The translations under genes and the position numbers were made by a program. Of a stretch of DNA of 27,981 nt, positions 16,137-27,338 are shown one piece after another; position 1 is the stretch's first letter; every line of letters begins with the position of its first letter. The notes below the pieces were generated by a model, which saw nothing but the letters and a program-made list of their open reading frames with translations, did no database searches and was not told the origin of the DNA. Where the stretch lies: sequence record DRR378314_197. One strand, 5' to 3'.

Positions 16137-16724
16137 TTAATTACCTTTGTTGAGCTCCTGCTCTGACTGCTCATCTTTTTCTGCTTGCTCTGTTTTCTGC
16201 TGCAACATCAATTGTTGTTGATGATCAATCAGGTATGACTGAACCTGACGGCGTCTTTGCTGGTCACTGATTTGCGACATTGGCTCAACACGGTTCAAAC
16301 TCACCGGCTCACGGCCACCACCAATAGGGCTGGTCAGAAGAGTAGGTTCTGCGCTGCTGCCATCGGGTGTTGCAGGTTGCTGATAAGTTTGCACTGTCAT
16401 CACCGCAACCACAGCAACACTTGCTGCAACGGCAACTTTGGCGAAAGGCTGGAACCAACGTGAAGCCGCTTTATTCTGGCTCTTAGAGCGACCAAAACCT
16501 GGCTTAACGACATTGGACTCCTGGCTTACGCTAACACGAACACGCTCGCTAATATCAAGGCTGATATCCGAGTTTAAGTCACCTTTTATTGCCGCGCGAA
16601 TAACACTGTAACGGTGCCACTCCTGCTGAGCCTGTTCATCTTGCAATAGTGCTTCAATTTCATCGGCATTGATGAGTTGTTCATCAAACAGCGCGGATGT
16701 TGATTCTGATTTATTCCGAGACAT
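16137..16724 (-). CDS. rseA: Anti-sigma-E factor RseA
   Basis: SALFD...WHRYSVIR N-domain, TM AVAASVAVVAV, Q-rich C-terminus YLIDHQQQ. Confidence 0.92.
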   Translation of the reverse strand: MSRNKSESTSALFDEQLINADEIEALLQDEQAQQEWHRYSVIRAAIKGDLNSDISLDISERVRVSVSQESNVVKPGFGRSKSQNKAASRWFQPFAKVAVAASVAVVAVMTVQTYQQPATPDGSSAEPTLLTSPIGGGREPVSLNRVEPMSQISDQQRRRQVQSYLIDHQQQLMLQQKTEQAEKDEQSEQELNKGN

Positions 16725-16742
16725 AGATGCCCCTCTGTTAGT

Positions 16743-17321
16743 TTACCGTTCCAGCAACGGTCGGAGTTGATTATCTATTGCTTCCCGAGCGCGAAAGATG
16801 CGAGAGCGGACAGTACCTATAGGACAATCCATTTCTAGCGCAATTTCCTCGTAACCGAGACCTTCAATTTCCCTTAAAGTAATTGCCCGACGTAAATCAT
16901 CCGGCAATTCATCAATTGTTTTTAATACCACATCTCGAATCTCATCAGAGAGCATTTGCCTTTCTGGAGAGGCGCTGTCTCTTAGCGCACCGGCTCCTTC
17001 ATAAAACTCTGCGTCTTCTGCATCAATGTCAGATGCGGGCGGTTTTCTACCTTGCGAAACTAAATAGTTTTTCGCCGTATTAACCGCAATTCGGTACAGC
17101 CAGGTATAAAAGGCACTGTCGCCGCGGAAGTTCGGTAACGCCCGATACGCTTTTATAAACGCTTCCTGTGCAACATCAGCTACGTCGCCCTGTTGTTTGA
17201 CATAACGCGATATCAAACTCATGACTTTATGCTGATACTTTTTTACCAGCAGATCAAAAGCTCGGTTATCACCTTGTTGTACTCTTTCGACCAGCTGTTG
17301 GTCACTCACCTGTTCGCTCAT
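16743..17321 (-). CDS. rpoE: ECF RNA polymerase sigma factor RpoE
   Basis: DVAQEAFIKAYRAL, FYTWLYRIAVNTAKNYL, CPIGTVRSRIFRAREAID. Confidence 0.98.
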   Translation of the reverse strand: MSEQVSDQQLVERVQQGDNRAFDLLVKKYQHKVMSLISRYVKQQGDVADVAQEAFIKAYRALPNFRGDSAFYTWLYRIAVNTAKNYLVSQGRKPPASDIDAEDAEFYEGAGALRDSASPERQMLSDEIRDVVLKTIDELPDDLRRAITLREIEGLGYEEIALEMDCPIGTVRSRIFRAREAIDNQLRPLLER

Positions 17322-17386
17322 CCGAGCCTGTTCTCCCTTAACCCAGGAACTGCTGGAACTGGCGGCCCGTCCTGTTTCTTACTGAC

Positions 17387-17413
17387 TGTGACAGAGCCGC
17401 ATGTAAAAAGTTC
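17387..17413 (-). promoter_or_regulatory. Sigma-E-dependent autoregulatory promoter of rpoE
   Basis: Minus strand GAACTT-N16-TCACA, 65 bp upstream of the rpoE ATG; fits the sigma-E consensus GAACTT-N16-TCnnA. Confidence 0.75.
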
Positions 17414-17466
17414 GCAAAAATATCGTCAAATGCGTAAAATCGTTCAAAATTCACATTGAGTACTTT

Positions 17467-19068
17467 ATGGAACCTGTTGCAAATTATCAATGCGATGTAC
17501 TGATTATTGGTTCGGGAGCCGCGGGATTAACTACCGCTTTACAGTTGGCCGATAACTTAAACGTTACGGTACTAAGTAAAGGCCCGCTGACTGAAGGCTC
17601 AACCTTTTACGCGCAAGGCGGCATTGCCGCAGTATTCGACGAAAACGACAGTATTGAGAGTCACATCGAGGATACCTTAATTGCCGGTGCCGGCCTTTGC
17701 GATCCCGAAGCCGTTAAGTTTACCACAGAAAACGCGCGCGCAAGTCTGCAATGGCTGATTGATGCCGGCGTGGGTTTTGATCAAGTCGAGTCTAAAGACA
17801 GCAACCCAGCGTACCACCTGAACCGTGAAGGCGGTCACAGTCATCGTCGCATTCTGCACGCAGCAGATGCCACCGGCAAAGCGGTACAGACAACATTGCA
17901 GAAAAAAGCAATGGAGCATCCAAATATTCAGGTGCTGGAACGATACAACGCGGTCGATTTGATCACGGGTTCTCGTATCGGTAAACCTGACGGTTGCTAT
18001 GGAGCTTATGTCTGGAGCCGTCAGAAAGAACAAGTGGAAACCGTTGCGGCAGGCTGTGTGGTATTGGCTACGGGCGGTGCAAGTAAGGTATATCAGTATA
18101 CCAGTAACCCAGATATTGCCAGCGGCGACGGTATTGCCATGGCCTGGCGCGCAGGCTGCAGTGTGGCCAATATGGAATTTAATCAGTTCCATCCAACCTG
18201 TTTATTTCACCCCAACGCGCAGAGTTTTCTATTAAGCGAAGCCTTGCGTGGCGAAGGCGCTTTGCTGAAACGGCCCGACGGAACTCGTTTTATGCCGGAC
18301 TTTCATGAGTCTGCTGAATTGGCTCCGCGCGACGTGGTTGCCCGCGCTATCGACTTTGAAATGAAGCGTCTGGGTGCTGACTGCATGTATCTGGATATTT
18401 CTCATAAACCGAAAGACTTTATTCAGCATCACTTCCCTACCATTATGGAAAAATGCTTGTCGCTGGGCATTGATATCAGCAAACAGCCGATGCCGGTTGT
18501 TCCTGCGGCCCATTACACCTGTGGCGGTGTTAAAACCGATATGAACGCAGCGACCGATTTACCCAACTTGTATGCTGTTGGTGAGGTTGCCTGCACAGGT
18601 CTGCACGGAGCCAATCGCATGGCTAGCAACTCGCTGCTGGAATGTCTGGTTTTCGCCCGTGCGGCGGCTAAAGATATTTTATCTAAACGCCCTCATCAGA
18701 AGGCCTTAAATCATATTCCCGGTTGGGATGAAAGTCAGGTAGGCAATTCCGACGAGGAAGTTATAATTCAACATAACTGGCATGAGCTACGACTGTTCAT
18801 GTGGGACTACGTTGGCATTGTGCGTACCACCAAGCGTCTGGAACGGGCCCTTCACCGAATTCAGTTGCTACAGCGCGAAATTCACGAGTATTACTCGAAC
18901 TTCCGCGTGAGTAACAATTTACTGGAGTTACGTAACTTAGTGCAGGTATCAGAGCTTATTGTACGAAGCGCTATTAGTCGTAAAGAAAGTCGCGGCTTAC
19001 ATTATACTCTCGACTACCCTGACACATTGCCGGATCCTCAGCCTACGGTGCTGACACCGAAAAGTTAA
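17467..19068 (+). CDS. nadB: L-aspartate oxidase
   Basis: GSGAAG FAD motif, [39 protein letters not shown]; divergent from rpoE. Confidence 0.97.
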   Translation: MEPVANYQCDVLIIGSGAAGLTTALQLADNLNVTVLSKGPLTEGSTFYAQGGIAAVFDENDSIESHIEDTLIAGAGLCDPEAVKFTTENARASLQWLIDAGVGFDQVESKDSNPAYHLNREGGHSHRRILHAADATGKAVQTTLQKKAMEHPNIQVLERYNAVDLITGSRIGKPDGCYGAYVWSRQKEQVETVAAGCVVLATGGASKVYQYTSNPDIASGDGIAMAWRAGCSVANMEFNQFHPTCLFHPNAQSFLLSEALRGEGALLKRPDGTRFMPDFHESAELAPRDVVARAIDFEMKRLGADCMYLDISHKPKDFIQHHFPTIMEKCLSLGIDISKQPMPVVPAAHYTCGGVKTDMNAATDLPNLYAVGEVACTGLHGANRMASNSLLECLVFARAAAKDILSKRPHQKALNHIPGWDESQVGNSDEEVIIQHNWHELRLFMWDYVGIVRTTKRLERALHRIQLLQREIHEYYSNFRVSNNLLELRNLVQVSELIVRSAISRKESRGLHYTLDYPDTLPDPQPTVLTPKS

Positions 19069-19334
19069 GGCTCTGACAACTGTTGTAACTGGCGCCGCAG
19101 TTTTATCTGCTGCGCCTTTGACAACTGAAACCACCAAACCCGGAGCCAGTGCCGCTTTTCCTGACCTTTTTCTGTTTTATAGGCAAGCGGCAGTAAAACC
19201 AACATACCGCCTACGACCAGTGCCTTGCTGAATAATTGACAACGTTCACCCAGCCACCACCAGTAACGTCCGCACGCTGACACAGACAACACGCGCATAG
19301 GTCGCTGTAAACGAAAATAACTGTCAGGGTTCAC
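19065..19334 (-). CDS. Small membrane-associated protein, positional YgfX-like
   Basis: Directly downstream of sdhE, as ygfX is in enterobacteria. Trp-rich with a hydrophobic stretch. Sequence similarity not verifiable by eye. Confidence 0.55.
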   Translation of the reverse strand: MNPDSYFRLQRPMRVLSVSACGRYWWWLGERCQLFSKALVVGGMLVLLPLAYKTEKGQEKRHWLRVWWFQLSKAQQIKLRRQLQQLSEP

Positions 19335-19343
19335 CGCGCGGGT

Positions 19344-19616
19344 CTATACCTTAACGCGTGACAACATAAACCGAATCATTTCAGCAAGTTCTTCGTCTTC
19401 ACACTTCTGGTGACCCATAAACCAGGCAAAAAGATCCGGGTCATCGCAGGTAATTAGGCGACGAAATACCGCTTTTTGCTCTTCGCTTAGTTCATCGTAG
19501 GCTTGATCCACAAAAGGTTCAAACAATACATCCAACTCCAGCATGCCTCTGCGACACGCCCAACGTAAACGACGCTTGTCTTTTAGTGCTTCTTCTGACT
19601 GTTTTAACGGCAACAT
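19344..19616 (-). CDS. sdhE: FAD assembly factor SdhE (YgfY)
   Basis: RLRWACRRGMLELD motif, DPDLFAWFMG. Confidence 0.95.
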   Translation of the reverse strand: MLPLKQSEEALKDKRRLRWACRRGMLELDVLFEPFVDQAYDELSEEQKAVFRRLITCDDPDLFAWFMGHQKCEDEELAEMIRFMLSRVKV

Positions 19617-19696
19617 AAAATCTCCGCAGCAATTGCCCTTGTAATTCGATAATGTGCCCTAATATTACCACGTAAGCCATTTAATAAGGAGTCATT

Positions 19697-20590
19697 GTGG
19701 TTGAGTTAACGCAGCATTTTACTGACGCAAATCAGGATCACCTTTCCGTTCAACTGACGGACTATGGTATCCTTTCGGTTTCTGGCGAAGATGCTGACAG
19801 TTTTTTACAGGGTCAGCTGACATGTGATTTACGCAAACTCGACCAGGATAATTGCTTATATGGCGCACATTGCGATCAAACCGGAAAAGCATTTAGCATC
19901 TTCTGGCTTTATCGCGAAGACGACGCCGTTTTTTTAATTATGCATCGCAGTGCAATTGAAGGCTCTTTGGCACAATTAAAGAAATTCGGTGTCTTTAGTA
20001 AAGTCACTATTGAAGATGTAAGCAACGACTGGAACATAGCCGGTGTTTTCGGTAGCAAAGCGGCCAGCGTTGCAGCAGAATTTGATGGCCGGGTAATACA
20101 GGTTGGGACCAGTCCCGACCAATATCTGTTACTCAGCCAACAGCCAATTTCTACGGATTATCCGCAACCTTACTGGGATGCGTTGGAAATTGAACGGGTT
20201 CGTCCACAACTTACGTCTGAAAACATCCAGGCGTTTGTCCCGCAAATGATGAATTTGCAGGCGTGGGATGGAATCAGTTTTGACAAAGGATGTTATATCG
20301 GCCAGGAGACTATTGCCCGGATGAAATATTTGGGCAAACAGAAACGGGCGCTCTTTCGCTTATCCGGTAAAGTAACGGCTCAAGTTACTGCTGGTACGCA
20401 ATTAGAGAAAGCCGTTGGCGATAACTGGCGTCGTGCAGGTACGGTCATTATGGCAGTGAACCGCACCGACACCCAAGTGGACTTATTAGCTGTTTTACCC
20501 AGTGACACAGACACTGACACTGCTATACGAGTTCGGGATGACGACGCAAGTCTTCTGGAAATACACTCACTGCCTTATCAATTAGGTTAA
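19697..20590 (+). CDS. ygfZ: Folate-binding Fe-S/tRNA-modification protein YgfZ
   Basis: FLQGQLTCD and KGCYIGQE signature; AAGGAG RBS; divergent from sdhE. Confidence 0.95.
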   Translation: MVELTQHFTDANQDHLSVQLTDYGILSVSGEDADSFLQGQLTCDLRKLDQDNCLYGAHCDQTGKAFSIFWLYREDDAVFLIMHRSAIEGSLAQLKKFGVFSKVTIEDVSNDWNIAGVFGSKAASVAAEFDGRVIQVGTSPDQYLLLSQQPISTDYPQPYWDALEIERVRPQLTSENIQAFVPQMMNLQAWDGISFDKGCYIGQETIARMKYLGKQKRALFRLSGKVTAQVTAGTQLEKAVGDNWRRAGTVIMAVNRTDTQVDLLAVLPSDTDTDTAIRVRDDDASLLEIHSLPYQLG

Positions 20591-20594
20591 ATTT

Positions 20595-21077
20595 ATGAGC
20601 GAAACCATTGCACCAAACAAAGTCGTGGCTATCAACTATGCCGTTAAAACGGAAGATGGCCAGACCCTGGACCAGTCTAAAGATGGCAGCCCACTGAACT
20701 TCATCCACGGCCGTGGCATGCTGATTCCTGGTCTGGAAAATGCACTGGAAGGCAAAAAAGTTGGCGATAGCTTCACTGCAGAAGTTAAACCAGAAGAAGC
20801 TTATGGCGAACGTCATGACGGCTTAATCCAGACTGTACCACGTAACCTGTTCGGCGAAAACGAAGTACAGCCTGGCATGCAGTTCCGTGCCAGCACGGAT
20901 CAAGGCGAACAGTCTGTTGTTATCGTTGAAGTAAAAGACGACGAAGTGACTGTTGACGGTAACCACCCACTGGCCGGTGTTAACCTGAACTTTGACGTAG
21001 AAGTTATTGAAGTTCGTGAAGCGACTGAGCAAGAACTTGAGCACGGTCACGTTCACACTGACGGCGAAGATCACTAA
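20595..21077 (+). CDS. slyD: FKBP-type peptidyl-prolyl isomerase SlyD
   Basis: LIPGLENAL, PEEAYG, VDGNHPLAG, ELEHGHVH with a short His tail. Confidence 0.94.
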   Translation: MSETIAPNKVVAINYAVKTEDGQTLDQSKDGSPLNFIHGRGMLIPGLENALEGKKVGDSFTAEVKPEEAYGERHDGLIQTVPRNLFGENEVQPGMQFRASTDQGEQSVVIVEVKDDEVTVDGNHPLAGVNLNFDVEVIEVREATEQELEHGHVHTDGEDH

Positions 21078-21099
21078 GCCCTGCTTTTTGATTTTTATA

Positions 21100-21134
21100 A
21101 AAGAAACCCGGCTAATCAGCCGGGTTTTTTGTTT
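21100..21134. terminator. Bidirectional intrinsic terminator between slyD and lysS
   Basis: AAACCCGGCT-AATC-AGCCGGGTTT hairpin with an A-rich left flank and a T run on the right, between convergent genes. Confidence 0.88.
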
Positions 21135-21145
21135 CAGAGAGGTAA

Positions 21146-22657
21146 TTAATCCGCTTTTGGGCGCATGTGCGGGAACAATAATACGTCGCGAATAGACGCA
21201 GAATCCGTTAGCAACATTACCAGACGGTCAATACCAATGCCCTGACCGGCTGTTGGCGGCATACCGTGTTCCAGTGCGGTGACATAATCTTCGTCGTAGA
21301 ACATGGCTTCATCATCGCCCGCTTCTTTCTGTTCAACTTGCTCGCGAAAACGTTCAGCCTGATCTTCAGCATCGTTAAGCTCCGAGAAACCATTCGCCAA
21401 CTCACGACCACCGGCAAAAAATTCAAACCGGTCGGTCACAAACGGATTGTCGTCGTGACGACGAGCCAACGGTGAAACTTCAGCCGGGTACGCAGTAATA
21501 AAGGTAGGCTGAATTAAACGATGCTCAGCAACAGTCTCAAAAATTTCGATCTGAACTTTACCTAAGCCCCATGACGGCTTAACACTGACACCAACCTGCT
21601 CGGCAATTTCAGTTGCTGTATTCATGTCATTAAGCTGCTCAAGGCTCACTTCCGGCATGTACTTAACAATAGCTTCCAACACTGTCATGCGCTCAAACGG
21701 CTTACCGAAATCATAATCCACGCCCTGGCTGGTAAACTGAGCAGAGCCTAAGACCGACTCAGCCGCGCCGCGTAACATCTGCTCGGTTAAATCCATTAAG
21801 TCGTGATAATCCGCGTACGCCCAGTAGAACTCCAGCATAGTAAACTCTGGGTTATGGCGTGTGGAGAGACCTTCATTACGGAAATTACGGTTAATTTCGA
21901 ACACCTTCTCAAAACCACCAACGACTAAACGTTTCAGGTAAAGTTCTGGTGCAATACGTAGAAACAGCTCCATATCCAGTGCGTTATGGTGCGTGCTGAA
22001 AGGACGAGCTGCGGCGCCGCCCGGAATCGCCTGCATCATAGGAGTTTCAACTTCCAGAAACTGACGGTCACTTAAAAAACGACGAATATAGTCAATGATT
22101 TTAGAGCGAGCCATGAAAGTACTGCGAGACTCTTCGTTGGTAATCAGGTCCAGATAACGCTGACGATAGCGCATTTCCTGATCTGACAAGCCATGGAATT
22201 TATCCGGCAAAGGACGCAGTGCTTTAGTCAGCAAACGTACTTCGTCAACTTGCACGCTTAACTCACCGGTTCCGGTAATAAACAAGGTGCCAGAGGCGCC
22301 GAGAATATCGCCTAAATCCCATTTTTTAAATTCCGTGTTGTAATAACCTTCAGGCAGATTGTCGCGGGCAACATACAGTTGAATTTTTCCGCTCATATCC
22401 TGAATGGTTGCGAAACTGGCTTTCCCCATAATACGGCGGGTCATCATACGGCCGGCAACTTTCACGCGAATGCCTTTTTCTGCCAGCTCTTCTTTACTCA
22501 GATTATCGTATTCAGCGTGTAAGTCAGCAGCTAACGAGTCCCGACGGAAATCGTTCGGGAATGCGATACCCTTATCGCGAAGCGCCGACAGTTTCGCCTT
22601 TCGCTGCGCGATCTGTTCGTTTACGTCTACTTCAGGTGCCTGCGATTTATCAGTCAT
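21146..22657 (-). CDS. lysS: Lysine--tRNA ligase (class II)
   Basis: [26 protein letters not shown]...HNPEF, GIGIDRL. Confidence 0.98.
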   Translation of the reverse strand: MTDKSQAPEVDVNEQIAQRKAKLSALRDKGIAFPNDFRRDSLAADLHAEYDNLSKEELAEKGIRVKVAGRMMTRRIMGKASFATIQDMSGKIQLYVARDNLPEGYYNTEFKKWDLGDILGASGTLFITGTGELSVQVDEVRLLTKALRPLPDKFHGLSDQEMRYRQRYLDLITNEESRSTFMARSKIIDYIRRFLSDRQFLEVETPMMQAIPGGAAARPFSTHHNALDMELFLRIAPELYLKRLVVGGFEKVFEINRNFRNEGLSTRHNPEFTMLEFYWAYADYHDLMDLTEQMLRGAAESVLGSAQFTSQGVDYDFGKPFERMTVLEAIVKYMPEVSLEQLNDMNTATEIAEQVGVSVKPSWGLGKVQIEIFETVAEHRLIQPTFITAYPAEVSPLARRHDDNPFVTDRFEFFAGGRELANGFSELNDAEDQAERFREQVEQKEAGDDEAMFYDEDYVTALEHGMPPTAGQGIGIDRLVMLLTDSASIRDVLLFPHMRPKAD

Positions 22658-22693
22658 TATCGATTTTCCTCTGTCGGGATACTTAAATTAAAC

Positions 22694-23792
22694 TTACAGC
22701 CCGCTTTTTAAGCTGGCTTCAATAAATGGGTCAAGTGCGCCATCAAGCACAGCCTGAGTATTACGGTTCTCGATACCAGTACGTAAATCTTTGATACGCG
22801 CATCGTCCAGAACATAAGAGCGAATTTGACTGCCCCAGCCGATATCAGCTTTTGAGTCTTCTAATGCCTGTTTCTCTTCGTTCTGTTTCTGTAATTCAAA
22901 TTCGTACAATTTCGCTTTCAGCTGTTTCATTGCTGAGTCGCGGTTCTTGTGCTGCGAACGGTCACTCTGACATTGCACCACAATGCCTGTTGGTTCGTGC
23001 GTTAAACGAACAGCAGAGTCGGTACGGTTAACGTGCTGACCACCCGCACCCGATGCCCGATAGGTATCCACCCGCAGGTCTGACGGATCAATCTCAATAT
23101 CAATGTCGTCGTCTACTTCCGGGTAAACAAAAACCGAAGCGAACGATGTATGACGGCGATTACCTGAGTCGAAGGGGGATTTACGTACCAAACGGTGCAC
23201 ACCGGTTTCGGTGCGCAGCCAGCCGTAGGCGTATTCTCCAACCACACGTACTGTCGCCGATTTAATACCAGCGACATCGCCTTCTGACAGCTCAGTAATT
23301 TCCGCTTTAAAGTCATGCGCTTCTGCCCAACGCAAATACATGCGTAGCAGCATATTAGCCCAGTCCTGAGCTTCGGTTCCGCCGGAGCCTGACTGAATAT
23401 CCAGGTAGCAGTCTGCCGAGTCGTTGTCTTTTGAAAACATACGACGAAACTCTAAAGCTTCCAGCTGTTTCACTAAACCGGACAGCTCTTCCTGAGCTTC
23501 GTTAAAGGTGTCTTCGTCTTCTGCTTCCACTGCAAGATCAACCAAACCCTCGACATCATCCAGCCCCTGCTGAAGTTTATCCAGGGTTTGTACCACTTGC
23601 TCTAATGCCGCACGCTCTTTACCTAAGGCTTGCGCCTTGGGTGGATCATCCCACACATTGGGTTGCTCCATCTCACGGGTAACTTCTTCCAGACGCTCTA
23701 ACTTAGCATCGTAGTCAAAGATACCCCCTAAGCGAATTACTACGCTCACGCATTTCTTTGATGTTGTTGTAGGTTGCGTTAGTTTCAAACAT
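22694..23792 (-). CDS. prfB: Peptide chain release factor 2 (programmed +1 frameshift)
   Basis: True start ATG 23792 gives [25 protein letters not shown], then CTT-TGA-C. The +1 frame continues DYDAKLERL, with SPF and GGQ motifs. Confidence 0.97.
23714..23729 (-). promoter_or_regulatory. prfB +1 ribosomal frameshift signal
   Basis: AGGGGG-TAT-CTT-TGA-C: internal SD, 3-nt spacer and the slippery CUU-UGA at codons 25/26. Confidence 0.96.
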
Positions 23793-23831
23793 GCGACTAC
23801 CTAATTCTGTTAATTCTAAAAGGGGCGTAGT

Positions 23832-25544
23832 TTAACGTATTGCGCGGATTTGCTCCACCAACAACTGAACGTTTGTGCGTCCGCGGAAGTGATTAAGTTG
23901 TGGCTTGTATAAAAGTTCAACAACCGAAGCCTGCTGCGCCGGCCATTGTTGTGTATCAACGTTAAAGGCAATCGCATCTAATAATTCGCCTTGCGGATGA
24001 CGCACCACCAATTTTAGATGTCGCTCTCCGACAATACGCTGATCCACCAGCTCAAACTGACCGTCAAACATAGGTTCGGGGAACTGCTGCCCCCAGGGGC
24101 CTGCACTTTGCAGCATATTCACACTGTCCTGCGAAAGTTGCAGTGTTGTGAGTTCGCCATCGGACCAGAATACACGTTGCTTCTGTTCTTCTGACAGCCA
24201 CTCCGACGCAACTTGCTCAGCCAGTTCAGAAAAGCGCGTCAGATTTTCTTTCTTCATGGTTAAGCCAGCGGCCATAGCATGTCCACCGAAACGTTCCATA
24301 ATGCCCGGCTGCAGACTATGAACACGTTCCAGTAAATCCCGCATATGCAGACCACTAACCGAACGTGCGGAGCCTTTTAGCAGTTCGCTGTCATCGTTTG
24401 CCAGAGCAATCACCGGTCGGTTCACCTGCTCTTTTACTCTACCCGCGACAATACCGATAACACCGGCATGCCAATCCGGCTGATACAAGGTCACTAAATC
24501 AGGTACCTGCCCCTGATCAAAGCGCAACTTCGCCACAGCGCCTTCGGCGTGCTCGCGCATTTCAGATTCAATCGATTTACGTTGCTGGTTTAAATCGTTA
24601 AGTTGCTGCGCTAACTGCTGCGCCCGGGTCTCACCCGCTAATAAGCACTCTATTCCCAGTCCAATATCGTCTAAGCGGCCAGCAGCATTAATTCGCGGAC
24701 CAAGAGCAAACCCTAAGTCACTGGCGGCCAGCTGACTGGCATCACGGTTGGCAACTTCCAGTAACGCCTTAATTCCGGGGCGGCTCATACCTTTACGAAT
24801 ACGGGCTATTCCCTGCTGCACTAATACGCGGTTGTTATAGTCCAGTGGTACAACATCAGCTACAGTGCCAAGAGCAACGAGATCCAGCCAGTCCGCAAGG
24901 TTAGGTAACGGCTCAACACCTTGTTCACGTAACGCTGAACGCAACGCAAGCAGGACATAAAACGCCACACCCACACCCGCTAAATTTTTGCTGGGAAACT
25001 CACAGCCGTGCTGATTCGGGTTCACTATCGCATTAGCCCGAGGCAGCTCTTCAGGCGGTAAATGGTGGTCGGTAACCAGCACTTGTATGCCTTTTTCACG
25101 AGCAAGTGCAATAGCGTCATGCGCCGCAATGCCGTTATCGACAGTCACAATTAACTGAACATTCTCTACGGCCAGTTGTTCTACCATGGCAACAGACAGG
25201 CCATAGCCGTCAGTCATTCGATTCGGTACACGATAGCCCACTTGCTGCAGACCAAAGGCGTGCAAAGCCGACACCATTAATGCTGAGCTGGTCGCGCCAT
25301 CGGCATCAAAGTCGCCGCAAATACAAACCTTTTCTTGATTTTTTAACGCATTTTGCAGCAGTTCAACGGCTTTACCGATATCTCTTAACGAAGAAAAATG
25401 CAGTAACCCGGAGGCTTTCAAAGATAATTCGTCAGCACGACGGACACCCCGGCGAGCATAAATTTGCCGCAACAAAGGTGGCATTTGTTGCGGCAAAAAG
25501 TCATCGTCAACGACTTGATAACGACGTATTTCATAATCACTCAT
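23832..25544 (-). CDS. recJ: ssDNA exonuclease RecJ
   Basis: GDFDADG, TVDNG, TDHH, GTVADVV, PRINAAGRL, GGHAMAAG. Confidence 0.97.
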   Translation of the reverse strand: MSDYEIRRYQVVDDDFLPQQMPPLLRQIYARRGVRRADELSLKASGLLHFSSLRDIGKAVELLQNALKNQEKVCICGDFDADGATSSALMVSALHAFGLQQVGYRVPNRMTDGYGLSVAMVEQLAVENVQLIVTVDNGIAAHDAIALAREKGIQVLVTDHHLPPEELPRANAIVNPNQHGCEFPSKNLAGVGVAFYVLLALRSALREQGVEPLPNLADWLDLVALGTVADVVPLDYNNRVLVQQGIARIRKGMSRPGIKALLEVANRDASQLAASDLGFALGPRINAAGRLDDIGLGIECLLAGETRAQQLAQQLNDLNQQRKSIESEMREHAEGAVAKLRFDQGQVPDLVTLYQPDWHAGVIGIVAGRVKEQVNRPVIALANDDSELLKGSARSVSGLHMRDLLERVHSLQPGIMERFGGHAMAAGLTMKKENLTRFSELAEQVASEWLSEEQKQRVFWSDGELTTLQLSQDSVNMLQSAGPWGQQFPEPMFDGQFELVDQRIVGERHLKLVVRHPQGELLDAIAFNVDTQQWPAQQASVVELLYKPQLNHFRGRTNVQLLVEQIRAIR

Positions 25545-25553
25545 GAATTACTG

Positions 25554-26279
25554 TTACTCACCTTTTTTAATTTCAGCAATTAAGCGTGACGCAGGTAGCG
25601 CTCCCGGTACTAAACGACCGTCGGGCAGAACAATAGCGGGAGTACCGCTTACCCCAAACGATTTGCCCAGTTGGTAGTGCTCAGCAACCGGATTGGAACA
25701 GCTTGAGTCGCCACTGTAATTTTCGTCTTCTTTAAAGGCGGTAATGGCCGCTTTTTTGTCATCCGCACACCAAACCGTTTGTAGCTGCTGCCCGCCTTTG
25801 CTACTCATACCTCCACGGGGAAAGGCCAGGTATTTTATGGTAATGCCTTCGGCGTGATAGCTGTCCATATTTTCGTGCAGGCGCTGACAATAACCGCAGG
25901 TAGTGTCAGTAAAAATCGTTACCTGATATTTCTCGTCCTCCGCCGGATACACGATCATATCGTCAGCAAAATCTTTCAGCATTTTCAGGCGAACTTTAGC
26001 CATACCCGCTTCACTTAAGTTTTCCGGTTCACTACCGGTTATATCAAACACATTGCCGCTAATAAGCCGTTCACCATCATCTGACACATAAAACATGCCC
26101 TGATTAGTCACCGCACGGACATAGCCGTCAATTTCACCGGGCTCTGTCGACAACACTTCAATACCAATTTTACTCAGGTGCCGGGTGTCGACTTCATTTT
26201 GTTCCGCACTAATTGCCGGCGCACTAAAACTTGCACCAACCAGCCCTACTAATCCAACTACAGACATTAAATTGCGCAT
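25554..26279 (-). CDS. dsbC: Thiol:disulfide isomerase DsbC
   Basis: Signal peptide, FTDTTCGYC, GVSGTPA; xerD-dsbC-recJ order. Confidence 0.94.
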   Translation of the reverse strand: MRNLMSVVGLVGLVGASFSAPAISAEQNEVDTRHLSKIGIEVLSTEPGEIDGYVRAVTNQGMFYVSDDGERLISGNVFDITGSEPENLSEAGMAKVRLKMLKDFADDMIVYPAEDEKYQVTIFTDTTCGYCQRLHENMDSYHAEGITIKYLAFPRGGMSSKGGQQLQTVWCADDKKAAITAFKEDENYSGDSSCSNPVAEHYQLGKSFGVSGTPAIVLPDGRLVPGALPASRLIAEIKKGE

Positions 26280-26334
26280 AAATACCTCTTAAATTAACTG
26301 TCCGAACCCTACCCTGTTACCAGCCAAAATGCAA

Positions 26335-27237
26335 TCAGCCGCGCGGGTGATGCTGAGCATGTAAGGCCTGCAGACGTTCACGTGCAACCTGGGTATAAAT
26401 TTGTGTAGTAGATAAATCACTGTGACCTAACAGTAGCTGTAAGACACGTAAATCGGCGCCATGGTTCAGCAAATGCGTGGCAAAAGCATGACGTAAAGTG
26501 TGCGGCGACAAATGTGCGTAAATGCCGGCTTCTTCGGCGTAATGCTTTAATCTGTACCAAAATGCCTGGCGTGTTAATAACGAGCCACGTTGCGTAACGA
26601 ATATCCAGGGACTGCTCTTATCCGTTATTGCCGGGCGCCCATGCTTTAAATAATTGTCCAGCCACTCCAGCGCTTCTTCCCCTAAAGGCACCAAGCGTTC
26701 CTTGTTGCCTTTGCCGACAACCCGAACTAAGCCTTGCTGGCGGCTCAACTGGTCATATTGCAGACGAATAAGTTCGGTTACTCGTAATCCGGTGGCATAG
26801 AGCACTTCCAGCATAGTCCTGTCACGCAAACCAATGGGAGTTTCTGTATCAGGTTGTTCCAATAAAGAAATCACATCGTCTTCGCTTAACGAATGTGGAA
26901 TGCTTTGCGGTAATTTAGGGCGTTTTAAGCGTGCGGTTGGGTCTACTGCCACCCACTGCTGTTTTACAGCAAACTGGAAGAATTTCTTCGTCGAACTTAA
27001 AAAGCGCGAGGTGCTTCGTGGCGACAAACCTTGCATACGCCGCCACAACAAGTAGTCCTGCAGCACCACTTCATCGGTGTCCATTAAGGATTTTTTAAGC
27101 GATAGCAAATATTCACAATAACGGCGTAAGTCACTGCGGTACGCGGCTTGAGTGTTATTACTGGACCCATGATGCAGCCAGAGATGCTCAGTAAAAGCAT
27201 CAATACGGTCTTCGTCCTCTGGGCGGAGTTGCTTCAT
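26335..27237 (-). CDS. xerD: Site-specific tyrosine recombinase XerD
   Basis: LYATGLRVTEL, GKGNKERLVP, SPHTLRHAFATHLL, LLGHSDLSTTQIYT, HHPRG end; upstream of dsbC. Confidence 0.96.
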   Translation of the reverse strand: MKQLRPEDEDRIDAFTEHLWLHHGSSNNTQAAYRSDLRRYCEYLLSLKKSLMDTDEVVLQDYLLWRRMQGLSPRSTSRFLSSTKKFFQFAVKQQWVAVDPTARLKRPKLPQSIPHSLSEDDVISLLEQPDTETPIGLRDRTMLEVLYATGLRVTELIRLQYDQLSRQQGLVRVVGKGNKERLVPLGEEALEWLDNYLKHGRPAITDKSSPWIFVTQRGSLLTRQAFWYRLKHYAEEAGIYAHLSPHTLRHAFATHLLNHGADLRVLQLLLGHSDLSTTQIYTQVARERLQALHAQHHPRG

Positions 27238-27338
27238 GGGTTTTGGGAAATTAGCGAAATGATAATGCTATTATGCCGCATAGAGAGAGCGGCTGAAACT
27301 GCTTATGAAAAACTCTCCGAAAAGAACCAAGTTAAGCA

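Noticed and set aside
26770-26775. GAACTT inside xerD as a sigma-E promoter for dsbC
   Set aside because: No TCnnA -10 at 16-bp spacing.
26335-27237. The tyrosine recombinase as the missing integron integrase
   Set aside because: It has XerD length, the HHPRG C-terminus and xerD-dsbC-recJ synteny. It lacks the IntI-specific insertion before the HxLRH motif and is 24 kb from attI.
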